From Tubiluchus corallicola (lineage: Eukaryota > Animalia > Priapulida): 64,000 nucleotides of DNA. Shown in pieces: positions 1 to 16,974 of this stretch (position 1 is its first letter; each line of letters opens with the position of its first letter). The DNA lies in NCBI GenBank assembly GCA_030141605.1, contig JAQGDQ010000720.1, positions 1 through 64,000 of the forward strand, written 5' to 3'. The position numbers and the translations under genes were made by a program. The notes below the pieces were generated by a model that saw only the letters and a program-made list of their open reading frames with translations, was not told where the DNA came from and did not search any database.

Positions 1-571
1 ATATTTTAGCGACATGCTAAAAGTAAACTTATTGCAAACTCTTTCTATAAACTAGAACACCCATCTTTTGTTTGTCAATGAAAATATTTTTTCAGAAATA
101 TATTTGAAAATCTTTTACAAAGCTTGAGTGCCCAGAAGGCTTGTGGTGCCCTCGACTGCAGTCTATACTCTGGCCCTCTTTGTGACACACTCAACACCAT
201 TTCGTTCGCCGTGCCGACCGTGGCTGTTCACGTAGAGAGAAGCTGTATTCATAAGTCATAACTCGAAGACACCGCTGCTGATTTAGTGGCTCATTAATAA
301 TGAGTCAGATGCCGATCCGGCTACAGCTATTCGCGCAGAGTAGGCAGGCCCTGCCATTGATTACCGGGCGCCAAACTGCATAAAAATAACTGAAATGGTA
401 TTACGTACTTCCAATTACTCTAGGAATTCCATACATTTCATATTTATTACTTCCTTCAAATGATACATGTAAGATAAGTTGCAGAACAATTACTATTCCA
501 ACAGTGAAATGTACAGACACTAGAATTACACACTGCAGACTACATGCAATTAACATATATAAGCAGCAAAA

Positions 572-1525
<954 letters not shown>

Positions 1526-1659
1526 GACATATAAACAAGCAACTATTTCAAGATATTGAAACTGTGCAACACAGAACCTGTAAATTTATTTTGGGAACCA
1601 AAAAATTTTCAAATTATGGAAGTGTATTGTAGACTTTAAATTCTGATTTTTTGATGTCA

Positions 1660-2100
1660 TTTTGAAAGACGGTAAAAATAAGAATTTTATACCTATTATA
1701 ACGCTAAAGTGTTTCTGACGGTTAAATAATAGGTTAAAAACTAAAAACTAACAGTTAGCACTGACATCACAACTGAACGTAATTTTGAACAGTACAAACA
1801 CTCCGTGAGTGTGCTACTGTACAACATTCAGTGTGTTGTACTAAAACTCGTCAAATTTTAAATGTAAAATTCAAATTTCAAGTTTACTGCCGTGCACATG
1901 CATGATCTATCGAACGTGTGCACAACGTCAAAACCCAACACCTCTAAACTGAGAGGTACGGCATCTGTTTTTCTGCAGCGCGTTTCTTAGATGCAGGCGT
2001 TAGTGCCCATCTAACTAGCGAATGGTGAAATGCATGTAACGGCGAAGAATTAGCCATACGAACGCGTAAGTTATACTTAAAATAAAAACAATATTTTTCA
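1660..2100 (-). mobile_element. family K1 diverged partial copy (duplicated at ~8125-8575, +)
   Basis: K1 core motifs; lies inside the inverted duplication. Confidence 0.65.
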
Positions 2101-2193
2101 TTTCAATGTATAATAGCTTAGATTATTTAGAGCTGCATTTTAAGACGGAGCCGGGTCTTCCTTTATCATCGTCATCATCATTATCATCATCAC

Positions 2194-2233
<40 letters not shown>

Positions 2234-2826
2234 TGCCCAGTCTACGGGGCATAGATGTATTACAATAACACACACAGCTCGAGCCAAGTGCTGTGCAGTT
2301 TAGGAGGTCCAGTTATGCCTGGAAACCCGAAAAGTAACTGGTAACTACCATTGACCACAAGTTATTGTAATTTTTTTGTAAAAAATTACAGTTATAAACT
2401 TATGCTCAAATATTGTAGTAGTATGCATAGCCCAAGCTGTCTTGTGCAGTGTGTGCGTCCAGTTAAGCCTAGAAACACCGTGAAGCATGGTAACATCTGT
2501 ACGTGCCTCTTCCCAATCAGATGTGAACGCATTCAACGAGGCAAACAGCCCGAATCAGTACATCGTGTGAAACTGCCCAGAATATCGAATCCAGCAGCCA
2601 CTTATCCTGGCCATCCAGCAACTTTGGACTGGGTGTCATTCTTAACTTCAGTTTCTAATTACAACACCGTGACCATCCAGCTATTCATTCGCTTTCACAG
2701 TGTTTCGTGCATCAGTTTTTACTACATGCACAAAAGGTGTAAAATAATCATGTTTAAACTTTCCGTGAGTGCAACGTGTATTCAACCTACAGTATTTTGC
2801 ACTTTTTATACATATAGGATCTATCA

Positions 2827-3388
2827 GACTACGGCCAAATCACGTTGAAAACACCGGTTCTCGTCTGATGACCGAAGTTAAGCAACGTAGAACCTAGTTA
2901 GTACTTGGATGGCTGACCGCCTAGGAATACCAGGTGCTGTAGGCTTGCGGGATGCCCACACTGTATCTCGACACTAGGCGGAGGAGCTGCATAAGCAGCC
3001 AACGGCTAGAGGGCGGAGCAGGTCAAGTGACCCAACGGCCATGTGTAGAGGAGTAAACCTTCCCAAATCAGGAGTGGAGGCCCGAAGGCGGACCAGTGCA
3101 GCATGCTCACTGACTCCGGCAGCTCCTGCAGCCAACCTGATGCCAAACGAATCGCTCCGCTTTCCTTTGGACTACACCAGGGAGGAAGAGAGGGGGTTCC
3201 TGTTGTCTGGGCAACTCAGGATGTCCATACACCTTGCCCAGGCGTGCACCCTGGAGAGGCTATTCCAGTGGTTCAAGGATCGTACTGCTCAGCCACAGTC
3301 GACGCTGCAGCTCCATCAATGTGATCAATAACTGACTCCCTTGGCGCACACTCCATTGTCTTCCGAGACAGAAGGATGCCAACAACAA
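2827..3388 (+). mobile_element. 5S rRNA-derived SINE (SINE3-type), full-length copy 1
   Basis: 2827-2946 is a full-length diverged 5S rRNA (gactacggccaaatc...ctgtaggctt) fused without a T-run terminator to a ~440 bp body ending ccgagacagaaggatgcc(aac)n. Three copies in the window. Confidence 0.9.
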
Positions 3389-4518
3389 TTATTAGCTAGG
3401 TTAATTGACATGTATTCAAACTATTTTGCACTTTTTATACACATAGGCTCCATCAGTTGTAGCCCTTTTCCAATTTTTAAGGGGGAAGAAAGGGTAATTT
3501 TAAAGGACACCCCTAAGTTATGTAACAGTACCTAGCATTACGCTTACCTGTTTGAAAGAGTTTACGTAATTGAAAATGAAAAAAAAATTTACTAATTAAA
3601 AATTTACTGTTCACGCCAACTGGTAATTAAAAATGCACTGCATCGCCATCCCAGTGTGCACCACTGATTCACAGAAAAACACATTATTTGGTCTTATTGA
3701 CAATATAAAGTCATCTAAACGCTTGCTTAGCTGGTGAAGATTGTGCTACGAATGCTCTGATTAATCAAACTGTACGCAGTGTTATTTAAACTTGTTTCAA
3801 ACGACTTAAGATACGACTGCGTGGCGCGTAATGCGTAAAGCGGGATCCGTAATGCGTGACGGGTATACAACAGTTTGTATTTAAACACGTGGAAGTGTCT
3901 CCGTGTGTCCGTAATGCGTAATGCGTGATACGTATTCACTCGAACGCGATAGCTATCGTCTGAATACGCATCGCGCATTACGGAAGTGAATACGTATCAC
4001 GCATTACGGATAACGCATTACGTGCACATGGAATAGTAGCCGTTTCCTCAAAATACGTGCGCCTAACGATCATCGCGGAAGCTTAAATTTACAGGTTTTA
4101 AACAGGATTACTGCCAACGCACGCTCTGCGTGCAATAAGACAACATGTAAATGATGCAAAATTTCAAGACGAATTTCATAAACTTTATTTATGAGGAACA
4201 TTTTCTTGTAATTTAAACGTTGCGTAGATTTAAATGACACGCATGCGCATCTCGACTTCATTATCCTGCTTTAGATTGTGGCGCACGTGCAGTCTCATAC
4301 TTGAAGAAGCCCATTTCAGATCATTATGAGAACACAATGCCAGGTAATCACGTGTTTTACTGACGTGACTCACGTATAGCTACTTCCTATTAGCTTCAAC
4401 TCGGTTGTAGTAAAATGTACTGAAAGTGATTATCAAAATCGGTTCTGGCTGGTTTAGTGACAGCGAATTAAATACGGTTTACGTAGACATATCCTAACTC
4501 GGAGGCGTACGAGGCAGG

Positions 4519-4930
4519 CAGAGGCGTATTAACCAATAGGGTAACTAGGCTACAGCCTAAGGCGCCAAAGTTTGAGAGACGTCACATTTTAGAAAAAGTT
4601 CTCCTCGGAAAATGTATATACTTTCATATTCATGTAACATTTTGTAACACATCACAGGCAATTACTGAGCTCAGCTTTTACATAAGTGCCACATAACGAA
4701 CAGGTGCAACGTATTGCACAAAAAGCAGCTGCGCAGCGTGCTTGAATATAGGCGCTATGCAAATACGTGTAATTAATAACTACCACGTAGAAACTAGGCT
4801 AATAGTGTTTCTAACACACCACAAGTAATTGTTTAAACTGCTTATTACATAAGCAACCATAAATTCAAAACAGAGATGGGCGGGAAAGAACTATCAGCCT
4901 AGGGCGCCATAAAGTTCTGATACGCCCCTG
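4519..4930. mobile_element. hAT-like MITE
   Basis: TIRs cagaggcgtat / atacgcccctg with perfect 8-bp TSD gaggcagg (4511-4518 / 4931-4938). Confidence 0.85.
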
Positions 4931-4939
4931 GAGGCAGGA

Positions 4940-5166
4940 GGAGGAAACAAAGGAGCATTCTCTGGTTGGTCGCTTTCCATCAATCAACCAATCATGTGCT
5001 GTGTACAAACTCACGTCGGCAAGTAGCATCTCAAGCAAAAATACTTTAGACGGAGTACCGCGAAACAGCGAAAAGAACGTGATAAATATTTTACATTAAT
5101 ATTTTTGAAAACCCGCGAAACAGCGAGTCCGCGATAAACGAACCGCGAAGTAGCGAGGGAACACTG
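4940..5166 (-). mobile_element. Tigger/pogo-like MITE, one end (same family as 53966-54414)
   Basis: Ends gaagtagcgagggaacactg|TA; internal match to the reverse complement of 53966-54210. Confidence 0.7.
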
Positions 5167-6404
5167 TATTTATTTGGAAATCACTCAGCGCAACTTAAAC
5201 AAATTCGTTCTGGCACCTCCCCTCGTGAAAATTCCACCCCTATACCAAAATTCATGTAACATTTTAACCTACGAAACTGACTAAGACACTAATTGGAAAT
5301 TTGCAACGATCTTTCTCCGGATTCCAAATACGTGTGCTTGTAGGTTCGAGCGCTCCAACGGCCATTAATAATACAAAGCGTAAAGGAAATTCATCGTTTC
5401 ATACACGCAAGGCCCGATTAAGGTTTGATGGTGCCCTAAACGCACCAAGCACCTGGTGCCCCTCCTTCGTCCTGCGTCACAGTGTACACATTTCAGGGCT
5501 CAAAACGCATGCGTATTATACGCTACAAATTATGCGACATTATATATAGTACAACAAACTTCGTTGATCTAGATATAGTTTAGTGTCACTTAAATTCTTT
5601 AATGACCTCAAAATGAAAGTTTATTTATAAATCAGCTACAAGAAAAGGTAGGATAAAAAAATTAATCACCTTGATCTCCTGTACCTCTCTCTACCTGTAG
5701 CTTTGATCTACCTCAAATTTTTAACTGTGAAAGACTATTATGGACTTTAACATATTGTACTGAACACCACCTTCAAGCAAAATGTAAGTTTGTGTAGAAG
5801 CCAAGCGTCTGGCCTGTATAAAAGCGATCGTCTCTACTCTTTTGCTGGTTCAGCTAGGTTAATCCACGACGGTGCAAACTCTATTTCATCATTATATTTG
5901 AATCTACTTCATATAATTTGCCAGTAGAGGCATCGTTTTTCTCACACATTCTGTTGTTTCGTGAATGAATTTCAGAGGAGTTATAGACTGCTTAGCCTCC
6001 GCATCTGCTGGTACCCGAACCAACCTGGGTAGTTTTACCACATGTGGGCGAGGTACAGTCTGCAGTTCAATACTTTATTAAAAATTTTGTGTTTTCGTCA
6101 ATCCAGCCCTGCTTACAAAAACCAAAGAAATTGCCTATCCAATAATGTAAGTTTTGTTAAAAAAACTTCTGCAACTCCCCAGACACAGCCAAACGCTGTT
6201 TCGAGGTAAAAGGTCCTCCGTTAGAAGAGCAAACACGAATGCCTGTCCTGGAAAAGTTGAACTCTAACTTGGTAGTCACAGAAGGTAACTGTTCTTGAAT
6301 GGAGTGAGATCATAATTTTCAGGATAAATATTTTCTGCTGGAGAGTTCCACAGTTAAGAAGCCCGAAGGGCAAATCAAACAATCACAAAATATTCAACTT
6401 AAAT

Positions 6405-7030
6405 AGTGATGGCCTCAAAATGACATCTTGAACTTTGACCTTTCACATGGGATCTCCTTAATCAGGCAATATTTACCTTAATCAGTGATGAGCTCAGAAT
6501 GTCACGTTGAACTTTGACCTTTCACATATGATCTCCTTAATCAGCCAATATTCACCTTAAACAGTGATGAGCTCAAAATGTCATCTTAAACTTTGACCTT
6601 TCACATTTGATCTCCTTAATCAGGTAATATTCACTTTAAACAGTGATGAGCACAGAATGTCATCTTGAACTTTGGCCTTTCACATTTGATCTCCTTAATC
6701 AGGTAATATTCACTTTAAACAGTGATGAGCACAGAATGTCATCTTGAACTTTGACCTTTCACATTTGATTTCCGTAATCAGGTAATATTCACTTTAATCA
6801 GTGATGAGCTCAGAATGTCACATTGAACTTTGACCTTTCACATGGGATCTCCTTAATCAGGCAATATTCACCTTAAACAGTAATGAGCTCAGAATGTCAT
6901 CTTGAACTTTGACCTTTCACATTTGATCTCGTTAATCAGGCAATATTCACTTTAAACAGTGATGAGCTCAGAATGTCACCTTGAACTTTGACCTTTTACA
7001 TTTGATCTCAATAATCAGAAAATTTCACAT
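6405..7030. repeat. 79-bp minisatellite, ~8 units
   Basis: tgaactttgaccttt recurs every ~79 bp from 6429 and 6508 through to 6982. Confidence 0.95.
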
Positions 7031-7701
7031 TAAATGGATACGGCCTCGAGGTATAAAATTTTCATGAAGTTTAATTACATTAAGACAGACACGAATGTGT
7101 GGCCTTATCCCAAACATTGCCAAAAGAATTCACGTGGCTTTCATCTGGTCAAAAATTTACGTAAACTTGAAACAAATCACGTTATGTAACCAGCAGAGAC
7201 AGAACTTCACGCAAAGACAACTTGTTTACGAAATGAAGAAACCATTAAATGCATAACTTGACCTATTTTATCCATATAACAGGACTCGGTAGAATAAAAT
7301 TTAACGTTCCCGTCACAAACTTGCTCTAAATATAGATAGATTTGATTAGCCAGACCTATTTTTCCCCAATTAAACGGGAGCCATTCATATGACGCACGAG
7401 AATGACGCGTCATTTTGAAGCTGTAACGTTTAAAAGCTTTAAGTGGCTAAGAGCTCCGCTATTGTTCCCCGTTCAGAATTATCCGCACGCCTCCCACGAG
7501 ACAGCCGACAATATTGTCAGCGCAAAATGGATCGTATTGGAAAATGTCAGTTCTATTAATGAATAATTATGAGCAAAAATAGCCTTGTTAATGATGCGCG
7601 CGAGGCAAGGCTGTGAAATTATTAAACTGCGTGAAGATAATGTTGCACGCGCTACAGCAGTTTTCCTTTCTATATACATTGCGCTAAAGGAAGACCATAT
7701 T

Positions 7702-10818
<3,117 letters not shown>

Positions 10819-11664
10819 CCAAAAAGTCATAATCCAACAATGGCCACCAAAGAATAATCGTTTTGCTACGCCTGGACAAGCCAACGCCTAGCAACACTCG
10901 TAAACGTCATCGGTATAGTTATATACAGATTATGCTGCGCAAATTTTGCCAATTTGTGGGGATTTCAATTGGAAAATTTTCGAAAGTAAGCCAACAAACA
11001 ATTGCACGTCTAAATGGCTCCATAACTATGCATAATCGATAACCGTTTTGCAAAAATGATTGAATTCCGGTGCACGTATCAATTAGACTCTTCTCTTCTA
11101 GATGATTACACTCATATTGTCTAGTGGATGGTTGATAAAAAATGCACAACTGTTTGGTGACGTCACTCGGATGCTAATATCTTTCTCGTTCGTTGCGAAG
11201 CTCAACGATTTTGTGGACATAATGCTCCATTTTAGTTGCATAGAACTTTCACAAACATTTTGCAGATATTTATAATGTTAATTTCAAAAATTACTAATGG
11301 AACTGGGTCCAGGAATATAAATGCAACCGATTCATGATGGTCGAGGTTGATGATTTCCTAAATCACAAAGGTCATTGGTTCGAATCCGCGCTTCGTTTTA
11401 ATTTTATATTACGTCCTTTAATTTTGTATTACGTTTTCTATTACGTTATATTTTATTTTTTTGTCTGTTAATAAAGGAACTGGCCGTTGGCAACGAATTC
11501 GTATATCCCAAAGGTCACTGTTTCGAATCCAAGCTTAGTTTTATTTTTATATTGTCTTTTTTGGTCGAGTTCGGTTAAATTTGAACTAGTTCGATCAATA
11601 AACGATTTATAAATTTATGACGTTTCTTATTAAAATGGCTTTATGTTACTAAACTCAAAAGTAT

Positions 11665-12232
11665 AAGACAAGACAAGATGAGGTGAGGTGAGGTGAGGTG
11701 AGGTGAGGTGAAGTGAGGTGAGGTGAAGTGAAGTGAGATGAGATGAGATGAGGTGATGTGATGTGAGGTGAGGTTAGGTGAGGTGAAGTGAGATAAGGTG
11801 AGATGAGATGAGATTAGATGAGGTGAGGTTAGGTGAGGTGAAGTGAAGTGAAGTGAGGTGATGTGAGATGAGGTGAGGTGAGGTGAAGTGAAGTGAGGTG
11901 ATGTGAGATGAGGTGAGGTGAAGTGAAGTGAGGTAATGTGAGATGAGGTGAGGTGAGGTGAAGTGAGATAAGGTGAGATGAGATGAGATGAGATGAGATG
12001 AGATGAGATGAGATGAGATGAGATGAGATGAAGTGATGTGAGATGAGGTGAGTTGAGGTGAGGTGAAGTGAAGTGAGATAAGGTGAGATGAAGTTAGGGG
12101 AGGTGAGATGAGATTAGATGAGATGAGGTGAGGTGAGGTGAGGTGAAGTGAGATGAGATGAGGTGATATGATGTGATGTGAGATGAGGTGAGGTGAGTAA
12201 ATAAGCTAAGACAAGATAAGACAAGACAAGAT
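11665..12232. repeat. pentanucleotide microsatellite (GTGAG/GTGAA/ATGAG)n bounded by (ACAAG)n
   Basis: Direct reading. Confidence 0.95.
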
Positions 12233-13028
12233 TAAACTTATGTAAAGTCGATCATTTACATACGAGTTCATTGTCGACTATACTGTATGAATCCCAATGT
12301 TGTGACCTTGCTAGTGATTTGAATCACTACTTACGTCACGACGGCATCAAGAACTGACTTTAATGGGAGAAAAGTTGCGCCAGGGATTCCTTGCATTGGT
12401 TTGCTCACATGGTCAATTGCATACAGGGCGTCCCTTTCTAGAATGAGTACAGTATAGGCGAAGAAGGACAACTTCATATACAGGGTGGTACAGAAGGAAC
12501 CAGTAATATTACAGAACAATAAGCCTTTTCTCGGTGCCACCAATTGATGATGATCGTAAAAAGGTCAAAGGTTAAGTGTAGCAAACAACGCATTTGCGTA
12601 CGCTTGACAATGCCTCGCAGCCCATGCTGTTGTAATAGCAACTGTTTTAACAGCTAGCTAGAACCTTACCTAGTTCATTTTTTCTTGTTCCAAAGCAAGA
12701 TCCTGCTAGTAAATCACTGTACGTACATACTAATGCATAATTAAGTAAAGTCCACTTAAAACAGCTGAAGTTACTGAACTGATGTGGCAAACGGCTTTGC
12801 TTTGCACACATGTCACTTGACGGTTGTAGTTAAGACGCATTGCTGTGGCACACATAACCTTTGACCTACAGTAACTGGCCGTGAGCACAAAGAAAATGTG
12901 AAAAACATAAATGTTTATTACATGAAAAAGTTGCGAAACTATTATGACCTCAAAATTTTGTGTGAAAGCTTCCGATGTCTCGCACAGCCTATAATCTTGA
13001 GAGGTGTAATTGGAGTAGCGATCTTCAA

Positions 13029-13508
13029 TTGTTGGCATCCTTCTGTCTCGGAAGACAATGGAGTGTGCGCCAAGAGAGTCAGTTATTGATCACATTGATG
13101 GAGCTGCAGGGTCGACTGTGGCTGAGTAATTCGATCCTTGAACCACTGGAGTGGCCTCTCTAGGGGGCATGCCTGGGCAAGGTGTATGGAGATCCCGAGT
13201 TGCCCAGACAACAGGAACCCCCTCTCTTCCTCCCTGATGTAGTCCAAAGGAAAGCGGAGCGATACCTCCTGATTTGGAAGGTTTACTCCTTTACACATGG
13301 CGGTTGGGTCACTTGACCTCCACTGCCCTCTAGCCGTTGGCTGCTTGTGCAGCTCCTCCGCCTAATGTCGAGATACAATGTGGGCATCCCGCAAGCCTAT
13401 AGCACCTGTTATTCCCAGGCGGTCACCCATCCAAGTACTAACCAGGCTCCACGTTGCATAACTTTGGTGATCAGACGAGAACCGGTGTTTTCAACGTGAT
13501 ATGGCCCG
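13029..13508 (-). mobile_element. 5S rRNA-derived SINE copy 2 (internal ~75 bp deletion in body)
   Basis: Reverse complement has the same 5S head, body and tail as copy 1. Confidence 0.9.
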
Positions 13509-16500
13509 AGCAGCAATTGGCAGAACTGAAAAATCCTCCAGCATATCTTGCACATGTTGCACAAGTTTGTCTCTTGAATACTGACCAATGGCATGTTCCT
13601 ATATTATCTAAGTGACCACCTTGTGGTTGAGGATAATTCTAGTGTGTTTGATTGTGTTGAGGTGCAGTTAATTTCCATACCATTCAGTTCAATCAAAAAA
13701 AATATATCCAAAGTTTTCAGGTCACTGGTCACGTCACAAACTAACCACTGTTCTGATCGTTCCTTAAAGGAAAACCGGGTGACTGATTTGACTCATCTCG
13801 TGTTAATTTACTGTACAAAATATACATTTTCTTGCCTGTAAAAGTTAGCAATTGTTTCTAATACTTGAAAAGCTACCTTGCACAGTTAATTAACGGCAAA
13901 CGAACACTGCTATCGCTTACGTCACAAACTAACCACAATTCGTGCAGTGGTAGGCATCTTCCCTGCCCGTCAAGCACATTTGCATAAGTGAAGATTGCTA
14001 TAAGACGCTGATGTGATGTTAGCAAATGGGCTCTACGTCACAACTGCACCACAGATGAACACTGCAGTTCATGATCATGGTTATAAGGATAGCGCGTCTT
14101 TTTGTCGGCTACGCGAATGTGACAAAAAGGCGCCGTTGGGAGTCGTGTGGATTCGCTGAGCCGCGCGTAGCATTGAAAGTTTATTTATTAATTGATGATT
14201 TTATCCAAGCTTTGATTTAAGAAAAGTTGTTGTAATTTTCAATATTTCAGAACAGACTGTTCAAGACCTACGAGAGTTTCACACCTAATATTGAGGGCAG
14301 GATAGATTCACAAACTTTTCAAGCAATACATGCTTCAAGATTCAAGCATGTATTTTGATGTAATAAATTATTCCGTACTGTTATTTCTTGTTTTTTATAA
14401 CCCCCTCGCCCCACCCTGGAGGCTGTAGTTGGAATTACTCCCAAGCATAACTCCATTTGTCTCAAAGATCGTGAAATTTCAAGATCAAGTCCTTAAAGAA
14501 CCTCGATTCATACTAGTGTCATTGGCATTTCATTACTATACCTATCACCATGAAAGCAAGCGTTTCCATACATCATATACAAATTACGTTCTTGTATATT
14601 CGTTCTTTTATTCTACGCAATGTTCGTACTACACACTAACTGTGCACTGATAATGCGTGTTTGTTCAGGTAGCAGGCAGTCTGCACTGACATTCAGAGGT
14701 GTGAGATACTACCTATTCGAAACATTTGAGGCGTTATAATCGTTACGCTATGTTAATTCCACCTTCGCTCAGTTTTCAAGTATTAATTATTGCATTATGG
14801 CGTCTATATACGGCAAGGATTAGTCATATCACGCAAAGCGATAATTCAGCTGCTTGGCTCCTGTCTTACAGAGAGACTGATCAACACGGGTTTAATACAA
14901 GTAGCAATTCTGAGAAATTAAATGTGAAACACACGGACATAAAACAACACAAAATGTCGTAGATTTAATACAAATTTTGGGAACAGATGAGGTTAAGTAT
15001 TGCCGAAGTTGGGCAGGGACATGGTGGGTGATCGCCGGGTTCAATACCAGCTCTCGGAAGTTTCATTCGTAATTAGGATTCTGATTGTTTAACTCGTGAG
15101 TGAGACACCTAAACCAGTTCACTAGCTCATTTTAGACGACAGAGATGCCGATCATACCGCAACCATGCGCATTAAGTAAGCTCTACCACAATTTCCAGTG
15201 CGCCAAATTGTATAAAATATAACAAAGCATGTTTGTTTGTTATCAAGATTACATCTAGTGATCTACCTGTCAACAGCAGCAAAAAGAAAAATTCGTTACT
15301 TGGCCCTTCGGAAATTTAACCTCTGCCCCACCAAGTAGCAAAACTGACGCTCAGCGTAATGAACTACCAAGAAATTAGAAAACAGCAAAATGTTGCAGTT
15401 TATTAGCTATTACTAGTATTAGCATTCTTGGTTCGAGTCCAGGAGGAACGACTTTTTATAAGCGTATTTATTTGTCTGCCTAATATGTACTCTCTTCTTC
15501 AAAAAACAGCAGCTTTTTGTGAATTAATGAGATAGATACGCGTTAAAACAATTACAAACTGCAATTAACTTGCTCACGTGTCTCTAATTTCCAAGTAACA
15601 ACAGTCATAGTGAAACTCCAGCAAAACAATTACAAACTATAATTAACTTGCCCACGTGTCTCTAATTTCCAAGTAACAACAGTCATCGTGAAACTTCAGC
15701 AGCACAGCTAGCAAGAAAACGGATTACTGAAAAAATTACAATCATTTTAAGCACGTTTTTCGCCATCTTTCTTCTGCTCAGCTTGAAAAATTCCTCTTCT
15801 TCCCAGCAAGCGCGCACTGCAACGCACTCGCGACGACTCTCGCGCTACACAAAGTCCTGTAAATGTGGTCATAATATTTAGTAGCAGGCAAAGTAGAACG
15901 ATGACGTAAAAATATGACACCATTTGTATGTAATCATGATGTCATAATGCAGAAGTTCAGGTTCGTTTTATTATATGTGCTTCCTTGGCAAAATCGGTCC
16001 ATAACTCAGCAGTAAAGCTTTTCTAGTTATTCACATATCCTGAATCTTCTTTTCATGAGGATAATTTTTATTCCAAGCTCATCGCTGTATGTTATTTCTG
16101 CTGAGGTAATCCACGTTAAAGTTGCGGTGCAGGTTGAAGTGCATAACCTTGAGAAAAAAGTCAGTCATTGTTAAAGTCAGCCATTGTTTTTTGCCGCATT
16201 TCTGTTGATTGCTATGGACCTTGCAAGAGCACATTCGAGTTACGTTTAAATCCAATAGAGGATCTTCCTGGCGAAGATCTGGGCTTGGCAACAAAAAACC
16301 CGAAGCAAAATGACAGCTTCCAAAAGCTACCACTGGAGTTTGCAAGTTTTTTTACAATTACAGTAATATTCTTTAGCCAGAAAAGTAGGTACGAATATAT
16401 AAAATTAGATTTTTAATATTTTTAAACATTTCCTTGATAATTTTATGTTAGAATACAAAAGTCCAATATATTTTTTTTATAAAAAACGAAAAATTAACAG

Positions 16501-16974
16501 TTGACATGTTAACTATGCCTATTTACAGACTGTTTCGGTTTGCAAGCGCACATATTTGTCATATTTCTGCTGCGCTGTTTTTTGGAACACCCTGTGTAAA
16601 GGCCACGTGCTGACATCTATATATTGAAGCCTTCTCATCACCTTCTTCCTGCCTGTCACTTTTCGCCTCTTATCAAGGTGTAATTTTAGTTGGTTAATTG
16701 TGAGAAGCTGACATGCCAATGCAGCTTGATGACAGTAATTACTAGGAGATGACGCAATTTGACGATTCACAAAATAAATTTAGCGGCAAAAAATCCCACG
16801 AGAAAAAACGTAAAAATGTGACGCGCTAAAATGACCGGAATGGAAACAAAAACCAAGAGGATTGTACACCGTGCAGTATTTTGTGACATTCTCTAGCTAT
16901 TTTCTGTCAGGCGTAAAAAATGGGTTGGCATTATTAAATTAAGTCTCAGCTTAATATTTAATTTGCCGATTATC

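Noticed and set aside
2827-2946. Genuine 5S rRNA genes (also ~13393-13508 and ~17883-17978)
   Set aside because: Dispersed, mutated or deleted in the control region, no oligo-T terminator, and always fused to the same body, tail and TSD; these are SINE heads.
3041-3331. Recurrent short ORF ending QPQSTLQLHQCDQ (also 13083-13298, 18134-18349)
   Set aside because: Arises from the SINE body; frame and length are not conserved between copies.
6405-7030. Tandem C/D-box snoRNAs or hammerheads (GTGATGA in each unit)
   Set aside because: No downstream CTGA D box on the same strand, and no CUGANGA plus stem-flanked GAAA core.
7090-7145. Candidate jeb last exon (ttttgaccag|ATG AAA GCC ...)
   Set aside because: Stops after four codons (MKAT*) and lacks the conserved tail residues in any frame.
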